Of a stretch of 64,000 nucleotides of DNA, positions 24,652-37,743 are shown in pieces (the first letter of the stretch is position 1; every line of letters begins with the position of its first letter). The translations under genes and the position numbers were made by a program. Under the pieces are notes generated by a model that did not search any database, was not told the origin of the DNA, and saw only the letters and a program-made list of their open reading frames with translations. The stretch comes from Psilocybe cubensis (taxonomy: Eukaryota), in assembly GCA_017499595.2 (NCBI GenBank), contig CM039001.1:3038001-3102000 (forward strand). Direction: 5' to 3'.

Positions 24652-27203
24652 TCACGGGTGTTCAGACCGTGGTTTGAAAGTCCGTATGCCCCAAGCCCGA
24701 GCGGCCTTCCTGGCGAGTGGCCTGAGCCCTATTGCATCTTCGCCGGGAATCTCTTTGGCCGGTAGGGCCATGATGGCAAACACTGTGCCAGCAACAGAGG
24801 ATGTAGGAGCTATATGTCGGTGGTTGTCGTAGATGCCTTGAAGAGCCTCTTTCATTTCCAGAAGGTCCTACAAACAACACAGTCAAAACACTGGAACTCA
24901 ACCAACTGTGAATACGCACCCGTTCAAGAAACCTTTTCTTCCCTTTCACAAGGGAACGCAAGGCAACACTCCAAGTTTCAATTTGACGGGCAAGAAAGCG
25001 AGGAGCGGTGGCAGTGGGTTCGTCGCGTTGAGAAAAAGAGATGTTTTCTCGTTTACGTATAACGCGAAACCCCTTTGCTCGTTTGGATGGACTGGCGCTG
25101 AAGTCGGAGTCCCGATAATCGCCAGTGTCACTATCGGACTCAAGCTCGTCAAATTCTTCTTCTTCCTCCTCCTCTTCCTCCTCTTTCACATTCGATTCTT
25201 GAACGAAGATATGTATTCTTCCGTTGTTGACATACTGCTCCCAAATCTCCCCGATTACCACGTTGTTGGCTACCCAAGCAGATTTATCTTGAGCCCAACG
25301 ATTCTGAGACCGAATGGTACGATACGCCGGGTCAAACACGGTCGAGTGGTGACCATGTACAAGTCCCTCTTCTTCTTCTATATCGGAGATATCGAGAACA
25401 GCGGTAGGAACACTCGCAGGAGCAGCTCCCGATTCATCAGGCAGATCGATGAACGAATTTTCTGGAGAGTGAGTGGGCAATTGATCGGCAAGTGGAATAT
25501 CTGGTAAGCCATCATATTGGGATGAAGATGTAGAGGCGACTCCAGCGCCCCAAGAAAGATCTTCCGGTGGATTGAGGATATCCTGGACATGGTTTGATAG
25601 GGAAAACAAAGAGAATGATGATGTGCTCTCTTTGGGAGGGACATTCGGCATAGCGAGTGCAGAATCTGGGTTAAGAGTGAACGTCAGCCCAGTCGGCATA
25701 GGCTGCGTCGGTGGAGGTGAATTGGGAGCCAAATTGCGAAGCTCCATCACCATTGGGCTAACGAGTTCAACAACATCTTTACTAGGAGATAGAGGGATGA
25801 CAATCGGCTGCTGCACTGTTGGTGATGTTGGAAGCGCGAGTTCATTTGTAGGAGTCGGAGGCCTAAGCTCAATAGTGACATTAATATCATCGTTAGAAGC
25901 CTCCTCGGAAGCCACATGGCCATCCAGCAGCGCCTCTCCTGTCGAATGTTGCCTTTGCGATTCATATAAACCATCCTCATCAGCTGAATATGTGCGTTCT
26001 TCGACTGGCTCCGTGCTATCGACATACAGAGTCGTAGACGATGAAGGAGGGGATAATCTGCGTTTGAGCCCTCTGGCGTATGGTTTGAACCTGTGAATTG
26101 ACCGAGAAAGGTTGCCCCTTGTAGGAACATCTGAATCCGAAGTCATTTCGTCGCTCGTGGTTGGAAGGTCTGATCCAATGCTATAATACAATCTGGATTC
26201 GTCGGACCCGCTACTCGATTTTCCTATTCTCGAAGCCTGGAACAGGTCAGCGAAAAGGGATTGGTTAATAGGAAAGGTGACTTACCGTAAATGGTGAATA
26301 AATTGGAACCTGAACGCGCTCTACACCAAAGATGTCCTTAAATAATTGTTTCCTTTGAGCCGCCCGGGATATTGTGGGAATGGCAGCATCCCCCGAGGCA
26401 TGGTGTCGTTGAGAAATTTCGGTGAAGTCTGGGATGTTACTTTGACCTTCTGCATTCCGTAGCATTTCCAAGTTCATCGCCAAAATATCTGGGCGTTGCT
26501 GAAGGTCAACAAATTTCCTCTTCCCGAAGACTACAGGAGAGACGTGGGCATGAGTGAACGTCTCGAATTGTTCCATTGTCACTCCATGGCTATCATGAAA
26601 GACATTGATTTTCCTGGCGAGTTGAGGTCGATGCTGATTTATATACGGATTTGAGGATACCGATTCAGGAAATGCTGAAAATCGTGGATGAGCAATCAGT
26701 GAAGGCAGATCGCCGTCCGATTCTGAGTAGCTTTGGTTGGAGTGGTTCAAAGTTTGACTCTTTGGGAGGATGCCACTGACGCGTTTCGAGAATGGGGGTA
26801 TTTTAATTTTGAAGCCATTTGCAGGAGCCACTGCCCCTACATCTGCGTTGGAGGGGCTGGACATCGGCGCTTGACCGCCATCGTCCAGAGTCGAGTTGGA
26901 AGTCGATGCATCGAGGTTGAAAGCACTCGCTGGCCGTATTATTCTTATTTTTAACGGGTTTGCTGGACTTGAAACATTCCCATCTGTTTCTAAATCCACC
27001 ATGTCGACCGATCCTTCGACCTGCGGAGGGCGGAGCTTTCGGTGTTCGACCCGTTGGCCCTGGTCGACATCGTCGTACTGAGGAAGTTCATCGTCGTCGG
27101 CGTTATAATTTGATCCTGTTTCGGCAGTTATACCCATATTTGGAAGGTGCGTCCATGTCAGTAATTCGGGTTTGCAGATATGCCTTGGTGTATCTGACAT
27201 CAT
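24652..27203 (-). CDS. Large mostly disordered hypothetical protein (3 exons) with acidic tract and a C-terminal helical domain resembling TFIIS-N/LEDGF-IBD-like domains of fungal PWWP proteins
   Basis: ORFs 26265-27203, 24662-26191 and 24652-24855 join in frame via introns 26285-26237 and 24919-24868. C-terminus WSVALRSLVKGKK..DLLEMKEALQGI..VAGTVFAIMALPAKEIPGEDAIGLRPLARKAARAW. The domain call is by eye only. Confidence 0.65.
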
Positions 27204-27239
27204 ATGTGGGTTGGCTGAAGGAAACAGTGGATTTGGTGT

Positions 27240-28520
27240 AAAAGTGTGAACATCTGGAAAATAATATCAGAGTAAGAAAGAGAAAAAGATGCAAATAACA
27301 GAATAAAAAACCATTTAAATGGAATGTGCTTGAGTCCATTAATCTTGAATTGAGCTTCAAGATCCCAAGAAGAAAGCTCAAATAACCCAGAGTAATGCAC
27401 AATGCCAAATAGTATGTTGAGTTTTAAATCTATACAGAAAGTGAGGAAGTGGAAAAGTCAAGGTAAATATACTATTAGTAACTTTAAGAGAGAATAAAAT
27501 GTAAATTTGAAAAACTTGCCTTTTTAGCTTCTACAAGCTTTGAAACAATATTAGTGAAATGATTCCTACTAATATAGTGTCCTATTAAAGAATATATCAG
27601 TATAAATCAAAATAAGATAGCCAATAAATGTAGTCTACTATGAAAATAGTGGAAAATATATAATACAAATTCTATATGTTAGAATTTATAAATTTGCAAC
27701 TAGAACAATAATAGCTACTCTATAAAGCAAATAAAATAGAATGAGAAGCATATCAAGTAAAAATGGATTAAAAATTTTATAAAGTAAAACAAAATAAAGA
27801 AATTGACATTTATATAAAAAAAAAATCAAATGCAATAAACGCTGAAAGAATGGTAAACAGAATGCATATTATAAAACAGAATAAAAGAATAAAAATAAAA
27901 GGCATTTCAAAACCTTAATGATCAAGCAGACTTTTGAAAGAAGTTTGGGATTTGCGTTAAAACGCAAATGTTCATATTGAACAACGCAAAGTATATAAAG
28001 GATTTGAACACAAGCACATTACGAGCTTATAAAAAGGGAAAAATAAGGCAAAGTAGTAAAACTCACAGTATAAAGTCACAGTAGGAAAAGGATGCTTGAG
28101 AAGATATGCAGATGATAGTCAAAGTTCAGGAAGAAGAGAGGGCTGTGTGACAGCTATGTCACATATTTGATGAAAAGCTTCTATTGACATCTATAGCTGT
28201 TGACTAATAAGGACCAAATAGTTATCAACACAGTTACAATTCTTATAACTTCTTAAGAATTAGTGCTAGTTGTATTGAAAATCTATTTGTGAATCTAACT
28301 GGAAGTCTGGCTATGTACTATATATTAATTCCAGACTGCATCAGTTGTCAAGTATGATATGTTGGGAGCATTTTGGTACAATCTGAAGCAGTTTACACCA
28401 AACTAACCGTTGATGTTAGCCTATTATGGTAACTTTAACTATATATAGATATATTATGTCATTATTAAATTTGTACGATTATACCCAATTCTTCCATAAC
28501 CTTTCTGACTAAAAAGATCT
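27240..28520. other. AT-rich, CpG-poor island without long ORFs; possible decayed transposon or repeat remnant
   Basis: Abrupt compositional shift relative to the flanks, very few CG dinucleotides, and no ORF of 60 aa or more in the supplied track between 27409 and 28941. Confidence 0.5.
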
Positions 28521-28776
28521 TAATTTGGAACTACTTCAAGGTCGAAAGGGGAGAGTGGTAAACCATCCAAACGTTTAGGCGTAGTATCAGTGCTGGATCC
28601 GCAATGTATACAGTCGAGAGATGGTAAGTTCATTAATTACTCAATTTGTTGCCCTAGGCAATAAACATATACATCTTAGTACGCAAGGCCGTCGATACTC
28701 GATACCGTCTACGAAGGTATAGTCATTAATAGAAGCATTAGATGTACAGATAGCAATGATGAATACTATGTATCTT

Positions 28777-29590
28777 TTAGATTTTACCAATGAGAAGATT
28801 TCCGATCATCTCCCTCCCAGTTATTCGTACAGTGTTGTAAAGAGTCCCAACATCGAGCGTCGAAGTTAGTGTGTCGGCGAACCCGAAAGGCAACATAAGG
28901 GGGATCCATCCTACAGCACCATTAAACAGAGGTCGCAATCTTCAATGTTCGAAATACATACCTCTCGCATATTCCATGGCCCAGCACCCTTCATGCATTT
29001 TGTACTGCTTCACAACGCCTCGGGGCATCAGGTGAACCATTCCGGGGGTATATCTCTCCATCACAAGAGCTCCTGGCTCGAAAGCCCACTGTTCACCGAC
29101 CAGAATGTGGAAGTAATCGTCCGCTGTATGGACGCCGCTATGTCCTTCTGTACCCAGAGGGGTGCCGAAGATAATGAGGTACTCCGTGATGCTCGCGTGA
29201 ATAATATACATAGCACCCATGGCGCCTCCAGCGTTGTTGAATACCCATTCTTCGTGAGTATTGAGGCGGATGTCGTTGGAAGGGTACGTCTCGGTAAGGT
29301 TCTTGACGATATGTGATATCATACCAGCGGTGTCGTTCGGTGAGGCAGCGATGGCTGATTGTGCGAGCTCGTGCAGCAAAACGGTGTCCAGGACATACCA
29401 GCGGTCCTAATGAGTACTACGCGTCAAAAAGGATTTTAAAAGGAGGGTACCATGTACTCACTTTGATGGTATCAAGCCACGCGCAAGTCGCGAGCAGAAT
29501 ACTGAAAATGCCTAAACGCTTCCCCCAAGTCACAAGCCAATTTTGAGGTGGTTTAGCTTTAGCCTTCGCGTTTTTTTGCCCGGAACCCAT
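28777..29590 (-). CDS. ERG2: C-8 sterol isomerase (ERG2/sigma1 receptor family), 3 exons
   Basis: N-terminal TM, then [99 protein letters not shown]. Confidence 0.95.
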
Positions 29591-32500
29591 TCTTACAGAG
29601 CTTCGGCGCGTGAGGATAGAGAATGCGGGTGAGTATCAGATGATGGCGGTTTAGAATGGGAATTTCTTGAACCTTTTAAAGTTCTGACAGATTAACGAAG
29701 GTCGTACGACAAAACGATCACATGATTTCATTGCTCTATATATTTCATAATCCCCTTCAGGCACGAATTTGCTTAAGCGCCCTCACCGGCAACCAAAATG
29801 CCTACAAGTCGTTTCTTGAAAGCGTTGAACACAACGTAGTTTAGTTGACATTGAAGGTCAATCAATTATACAGCGCGGTAATATTTCCAGTTTGTCATGG
29901 TCTCTTATCAGTGTTAGAATGGTTGGGCTTCTAAGCGTACTAAAAGCCTATAACATTAACAATACTAAATGAAATCCTCCTCGGAGTATTACCATAAAGT
30001 CGGTAAAGATAGTCCTGATATCGCACACACCAGAAATTACAAAGAAAAACGTAGTTGTAATGATCAGAAAAAAATTAACTCTGGATAGATACATCGGAGT
30101 AACAGTGCTATAAGAGCAACGTCGAGCGGCACCAATCCCAGCCAGTTAAAGATGGAAAGACTCACAACTCTAGCATTGCAGATGTTGAAGATACTGCGTG
30201 AATCAATTCAGAAATCTGGGCGTAACCTATAGGTTCAGCAGCACCGGTAACGATGATGTCCGCGCAAGAAATGGTGAGACTTTATAAATCATCATAACTA
30301 TCGAATAAAAAAATGGAACCACATTTACAATTGGTAAGGTATATACCTCACACCTCGGTTAATATTTCTGTCGAGTTGTTATCCGTTCTGCTATACTTCC
30401 CTAAATCCACGATTGTCAAAAATCAGACATCAGCAAGCGGTTTTTGAGTTCAAATTCTCGTCACCTGTTGATCAGTCATTTTCTACCACCGCAACAGCTT
30501 CGTCACTGGCTGTCCTCCATCTCCGGTAGAGGCCTTGTAGCCGATACACAAGGAGGTCGATATCAAATTTTCCTACTGCATACTTTAACAACCCAGAGCC
30601 CATAGCATTATACCCCGCTGAGTTAGCTGTGAGTTAAGTTTCCTGAATTATATCACTCAACGCGGAGGATAGTAGGCTCGGAAAAGAGGCCGAAGTGAAT
30701 CTGCAGTATGTGAAATCGTCCTAGAAACGGGGCATGGTATAACAAGAATGATAAATGTAATATTGGCCAGTTAGTTAGTACCAATGATGATCCTAGAGCA
30801 ACCTAGAGCACTTAAGAAACTGTCTTGGTGGGTACATGCTGACAGGCCCTTCAGCTGTGGCTCTACATCTTTCGGTATCCAAGACTGATGGAGCAAAGTA
30901 ACCCACGGAAGAATCAAATAACCGGTCAGCTAGGATAAATCGTCAAATACTGCAGTCTGCACGTACTGCTAGATTCTAATATTTTCCACACTTTCGTACG
31001 CACAAGGCCCACTCTCATGCTGCCCCGAGAAGCCCGCGACCAGCATTAGCTCGGGCCCAGAAGAATACTTCCTGGCAATGATAAAAAAAGCCAATACTCA
31101 AAGGCGGGTAAACACCAAAATGCGGAATCAACAAGCGACACAAAAAGGTAGGCGGATGGTTGCTGGGATATAGAGAGCGGGCAAGAACCCAGACAAGTTT
31201 TGGAGATTAATGCAATAAATACAGACCAGCGGCTTTGAATCGATTGCACGTCACTGCTGAAGGGATCGGCGGAGGAAATAGATTGTGCACAGCTTGAATA
31301 TTGCTTCTATAGTGCTGATAATGGATCTCCTGATGATAAAGAAAATTTCGAGGGACATGGGCACATACGGGAGGATCATGTATTGAACCCGAGCTGATTT
31401 AGAGTAAAACCATGGTGTAAGTCAACAAGCAAAGAAGATACAGAGAATCATGAACTTTTCGAGTAAGAGGCAAAAGACCAAGAATGCAGGGTACACCATC
31501 ACATGAGCGTCAGATATTGGATGGTGTTCTTGAATCTGTGAGGCGTCCATAATCTTGGAGCACATGGACGAATGGCCTGACACAGGTTTCACCTTACACA
31601 GACATACAGATTATCAGTGGTCAGAGTTTATGACACATCGGTGATTTTGCCGTGTCCTAAAGAAAGCTGGAGAATTGAGCCCAGGGGTAGATGAACGTAT
31701 TAGAGCACACGCTTGAACAATCAAGTTTTCTCTCTTCCCAGCGAGACCTCCGGTCTATCCCCGGGTTCTTCATATACAGTCACCAGCTCAATGGGACGTC
31801 CTGTAATGCCGGTGGTATTCTTTGAGATCTAATTCAAGTTGCCACGCAGCATATAAACGAGTTGAACCGGACTACTTGTGAACCCGAGGTGAAGAAGTTC
31901 GGATACATAGTACAGACCTTCATTCCAAGGTCATAACAATTCAACTTCCTGGCAAAACCTTTTGCCATGGGCCAACAGTCGGGTTTCTTCTAGTCTGCAT
32001 CGGCCTGCATCGCGGGAGAAAAGAGATGTCTGCAAAGCTTCTCCAAAAGAGAGTGTGCGTCTCAGAATAGAAAATAAGTTGAAAAGAGAGGTTAAGTGAG
32101 AATAGGCAGAAAAAGTGTTCAAGATTAACAAGGACAACTGATGAATGAGGTTGGTATGAAGGCAAGCAAGTGATTGCACAAAGTTGCGCGCGTTGATGTG
32201 AGACCTCTTTTGGGAATCTAATTTTGGCCCCCAAACCACGTGCCCCGTTTTATACTTAAATTATTACCAGCTACGCGTCAAACGCGCGACGCGGTCTATT
32301 TATGTATAGTGACATATCTTTTACTCTTGGGCGCCTTTCTTTCCAATGGAGAAATTGCCACGAATCTTACAACAAATGAAAGGAGACCTTTGTTTGGGTA
32401 TACAAAAAATATTGGTATATTAACTAACTATGGTAGTACAATTTAGCATCTCCTTAGGATGTGGAACAGCGTGTACCCAAAACTCGGCATATGTTGGTGA

Positions 32501-32625
32501 AGCGGTAACAAAATAGTATATAACATAGAATCTCAACTGAATGGCTTAAAACCCATCCTAAAGCAAGCAATACTAACCAAAAAACAGAGATAAATCTTAG
32601 CTCCTCTAAATAGACCTGTAAGGCC

Positions 32626-35600
32626 TCATCCGCCATGTGTAGGATTTGAACTGGTGGTATCAGTGGGTCGGTCCTTCGGTTCCGCATTGTGAATTTCCTC
32701 TTCCTTGATGCAGCAGGACTGCCATGCGAACCACATCATGGTCCGAAGCTGGAGCACATCTTCCTTCCAGACCTTACTTTGATTTTGCTCCCTGAACTCC
32801 TTCGTCAATTTCTCACACCGGTCTATGTTCTCGGGGCTGACAAAATCGATAGCGATCTTCATGCAGTCAGACATGTTGGCGACCTAAGTCAATAGAAGTT
32901 CCATTAAACATTAAAAATAACAAAAGGGGACACGATAACCACAAACCTGGTGTGCACAACCGGCCGGAATAAAAACTCCGTCGCCGGGCCTTTGGTAAAT
33001 CCTGATGCTCTTCACTCCACACTCGTCAAAGAGCGCCTTGCGTAGCTCAACGTCGAGATAAAATTGTTGGTTGTGAATTGGGTCAAGCCCAATCATAACG
33101 GAAGCAACACTCTTGTCTCCCGCACTAAAACCGATCAAGGTGAATCCATGATACCATTTCATCTCCGCCAATAGTAAACATACCTCTTCGAATTAGCACC
33201 ACTTTGTCCGATCGCTCCATTCGCTGAGGGTTGGCCGAACCTCTTCTTCAAGAACCCCCGTATCAAATCGCTGTCTTCGGCCCTGTACAAGTCCCATACT
33301 GCATAGCCTTCGGTTCCATCTTCACATGCTTCTGCATGCAACATGATGTTCAAAGCATCGGCCATGTCCATATGCAGTCGAGTGGAACCTTTACTACCAG
33401 GTTCTTGAGATGAAGCCATTGAGTTGTACATCTTCGGGCCTGGAAAAACGTCAGTCAGCACAGCATCGTTCAAAATGGCAAGTTGAAAACACAACCATAC
33501 CCAAATCTGGCCCAATAGCATTTTTGGGGAAATGAGACCCAATGTTATACACACCGTCTCGTCTCACATAGTCGGGGACGGGCACAGCGTTGCTAAAGTC
33601 TTCGTAAAGGTCAGGAAAGGCTGCTTTGAATTCAGCCGTGGGTGGCCAGTCCTATATTCATCGGAGAAGAGAGCAATGGGAAGGATATGAGAGTGATGGG
33701 TGGAAAGAAAACGTTGAGAGACAGACCTTAAGTTTCCAACATTCTGTCCGGCCTCCATACTTTCCAAACCATCCAAAAAAGTCTTTGATAGTGACCTTTT
33801 TGACAATGTCGCTCTGACACTCCACAACAAGACAATCCTTATCACCGTATCGCTCTATAAAAGATTGAGGCGTCCATGGTAATTTGAACCTGGGAAGAGC
33901 ATTTTTGACAAGGAGCGGCAAGCCTTTGCGCCACAAACAAGAAAACATAGGGATAGGCCCGTCTACTTGTGAATGCCTGATATCGGGTAGGTTATCGTAC
34001 AGATGCGCGGGAATTATCTGAGCGCGGAATATAGGTATATCGGAAATACGGGAAGAAACATTTGGAGGCGTATAGTCATCGTAAATGGGAGAAGTCAAAG
34101 GATCTGGGAAATCCTTTGCGGAATAGTCGCGTTCAGCATAAGTTGTAATCTGTGAAGGTACGGTTGGAGATACATTCGAGGGTTGTGTGAAAGAATGATC
34201 CGGCGACGAAGAGACTGATGCCGCCGTAGGGTGTATGGGGACAGGGTGTGTTGATGAATGGCGTTCGGTTGGTTGCACTGAATCGGCCATATTAGAAATA
34301 GCGAGCCCAGATGTGCCAGGACGTCCTGCAGGTACTGGGCTAGCCTGGGTCTTTTCTTTGTCCTGCGTCAAGATTTTTTGCATCTCATTGATGGATTTTT
34401 GTAGCTCATCGTTACTGAAGCGAGTGACCCGGATAAATTCGCTAACTCCATGTTCTATCCTCTTTGTGCAAGCCAAAAAGAAAGGATTTGAGTGAGCATG
34501 CTTCTCCCTCTTCATCACGAGCGCAGTCAGCTCCGAAGGTGTTGCTTGAGTAGGTTGTTCAGTAAGTTCGCGGACTTGTTGGTAACACTCGTTGCAAACT
34601 TCTCGACCACATATGCGGCACATGAACGTTTCTGAGAACAATGAAGTCATACAAGTGTCTAATGATCACGCGTCAGAAAACAAATGCTAATACATGAATA
34701 AAATAACAACATACCACATGTAGCGCGAACATCAGATTCGCGTGGGCGGCGCACAATAACACTCACAGACAAGTGATCTTGCTCCGCCACTAATATGGGG
34801 AAAAGTGCCTTCGCTATTGATAACTATTTTGTATGTGAGTGTAGAGTTCGGTACCTTAAGAATGTCGGTGGACAAACCTTGATACGTGTAATCTGTTCAA
34901 TCTTAAGGGGTTTATTCCACTTGGAAGGGAATTCCATCGGAGTAGCTGAGTGGCCTACTTCGTTGAAGCTTACACCGCACAGCTTTCTCTGAGAATCACG
35001 CAAAAAATATCGAATGCCTTGAAAACGACACGTATCGCCGGCCCACCTCCGCGTACATGATACACATCTAGGAAAGTCTTCCTTTTTGTATCGGTTGGAC
35101 ATGCAACGCGCAAACTGGAGTTCCGGGATATATTGTGAACCATCAGCCGTGGTTAGCGTTCCGGGAAGATCCCCTGTCGGTGTGATTTGAATGAGCTGTT
35201 TTTACAAGGTTTCGCATATGAGCAATACACTGACCAGCACCTTGGGACTGGCGTATGTCACTACCTCCTTGTTGAGCTTTCTGGAACGCATCTGCTGGGA
35301 AAGATATGTAATCAATATAAACGTCAGACGAATCGAGCAAGGTCGGAAAGTAAAAAAAGACAGGAAAGCGCCCCGACCCAGCAGGCGATGTAAGACTGTA
35401 CAACGACTCAAAATAATATCATGCATGAAGTCGAGACCAGTAATCCGTTGGTATCGACACAAAACAACTGTAAAACATACCATTTTGAGCAGAAATGATA
35501 GCGGCTTCGCTGCGCTTTTTAGCGTTATATCCACGCTTCGATGGACCTAGAGTTTGAGTGAGATGTCAGTTACGGTTACTAGTACTTCTGGACCAAGCCA

Positions 35601-36827
35601 GAATAAGACCACACTGAAGACGTGCAAAAATGTTATTTTAAGCATTCGGAAAGTGAGGGAGGTCAAGGGAACACGACTGGCCAGGTGCCATCAAAAAGTG
35701 CCACAGGTTACAAGAGTCAAAGATGACAGAAGACTCCCAAATATGAGCAAAACCTACACGCACCAGGTGTGGAGGACTCAGAACCGGTCGATTTAACCTT
35801 TGGCTTCGCCCGTTTAGCCTTGGGCGCTGGTGTGGCCTCGCTATCAGGAAGCCGTCTCTTCGAAGACGATGAAGATGACCCGGACGGTTCAACCGTTGAA
35901 ATTTGAGGTGAAGCCGAAGAGGGAATAGAAGTGGGCGGCTGCAAATGGGAATTATATTCGGTGGGATGGGTGTACAGATTCTGTTGGTCGTAGCCAGAAC
36001 CCGACTGGTTGTATCCGTGGTTGTTGGCGACTTGAGAAGGTTCCTGTAACGTCCCCTTGGCCGCGATACGGACAGATGCCCTTTCTGTTGATTGCCACAC
36101 AGGATTAGGTGCTAATAGTTCAGAAGATGAGCGAAAAGATGTCAGTAAAGATGGAGAATCTAACCCGGAATCTCAGACGGAACGTTGTTTGGAGTGAATG
36201 ACTCTGAAATAAAGTATGTGATGAGGTCTTGCGATGAATACGACAACAACATTATGGACCTTGATTTGACATGGGATACTCGGCAGTGAGCGCTGTAACA
36301 GTATTAGTCTGAGCTCATCAACGATACATTGATAATTTCTGCGCACTTGGTCGTTCATCTCTCTGAGCCTGTCCATATGACACATGTGAACCAGAAGGTT
36401 GGTGCGATTGAGGTCGCGGCTGCCAGTCGGGTTGTTCAGCAGGATACCCATTAGAATGGCCCACTCGTGTTCTCGCCGTCGTTGGAGGGTTGAGTGGGTA
36501 CGAATAGCCGTTAGATTGTGGATGAGCGACGGCTGCCATTGCCGAATGGGATTGCTGAGGGTATTCGTGGTGATACTGAACACCGGAGCTCACAGATTTT
36601 TGCTGTGAAGACTCTGAAGTAGGGTCCCAGTTCGCCGCACGAAGATTGTATACGGGCGATGTCGTGTAAGGTGAATCGTAGAAGGCGGACGGTGTTTGGG
36701 TCGGACCATGGTTTATGGAAGGGGAATTGGAGTTGTTGAGAGGGGATGAGTGTAATGCAGAGGCATTCTGTGGGTTCAGTAATGAAGTGATGGAGGTCTT
36801 CTTCGTAGGATCTTGCAAGCCATTCAT
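32626..36827 (-). CDS. JmjC-domain histone demethylase, KDM3/JMJD1-like, with Cys-rich zinc-finger region, multi-exon
   Basis: Disordered N-terminus; Cys motifs CVSCTRRWAGDTCRFQGIR and RATCDTCMTSLFSETFMCRICGREVCNEC; JmjC [86 protein letters not shown]. The Fe-binding HxD..H triad is intact. Confidence 0.92.
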
Positions 36828-37743
36828 TACGGTGGAAGAAAGCAATAAGGAAGGGACAAGTGACGCGGAAGTTGTAACACAAGACTGGCTTCAAACTTTT
36901 ATGGACTCCGCCAAATTGAACAATCGCGATACCCACGTGTACCGCGGCTCTGGGTCTTTAGTGCCTCCAATCAATCATCATCTCGCCACAAGATATCCAC
37001 CCCATTATCAAAATACTTGCACTGTGGGGACACACATACTAAAATACACTGCCTCTATTCAGTCTTACTCTTTCTAATTTGTAACTTTAATCAGTCACTT
37101 TCATCGCTAGGGCTGACTCGGTAGGAATGTCGGATCGATGGCAGATCGAAAACTTTTGTGTTCCTCACACAAACCGAACGCAACCATGCTAGGTGAAATC
37201 AGAAAACATCTCACGAACAACCTTTTCTCACAACCTCTCTTGGAATGTAGAACCTGGATGGACGATAATTGTTCGGGCATTACATATATCTCCGAGCCAA
37301 CCAGTACAACCAAAATACGTTAAGCATAGTACATAAGCCCGTGAGAAGCTCAATAAAAGAAGATGCCGGCATAGTATCCCAACCGAAGAAATCAGGACTC
37401 GAAATAGATTTAAGTCTCAGCAAGAACGAGCATTCTTTTGCTGGGGTGCCATCTACTGAACGAATGCAAAGAATATCAATCCCGAGTTCATCAAGCCCAA
37501 TGTAATTAACCACACAGATGGTAGTCCATTATACTACGCAGATCGAATGGCTGTTGTCACTGGTTCTCGGTGTGTCCAATAAACTTTCTAAAATCCACCT
37601 GATGACTCACTTGTTCCATGGACATTCGTAGGAAGCGCAGCTAAAAAATGTAGGGCCCGTGCTCCTTTGAGCATATACTTAAAGGGAGACCCCGCGACGC
37701 AAAAACGAGAAACGCGATTGTCCAGTCACCACTTCCATCTATA

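Noticed and set aside
30784-31397. Box C/D snoRNA candidates (ATGATGA 30784..CTGA 30842; TGATGA 31331..CTGA 31397)
   Set aside because: No convincing terminal stems and no rRNA-complementary guide that I could recognise; such short motifs occur by chance. A snoscan or Infernal run would be needed.
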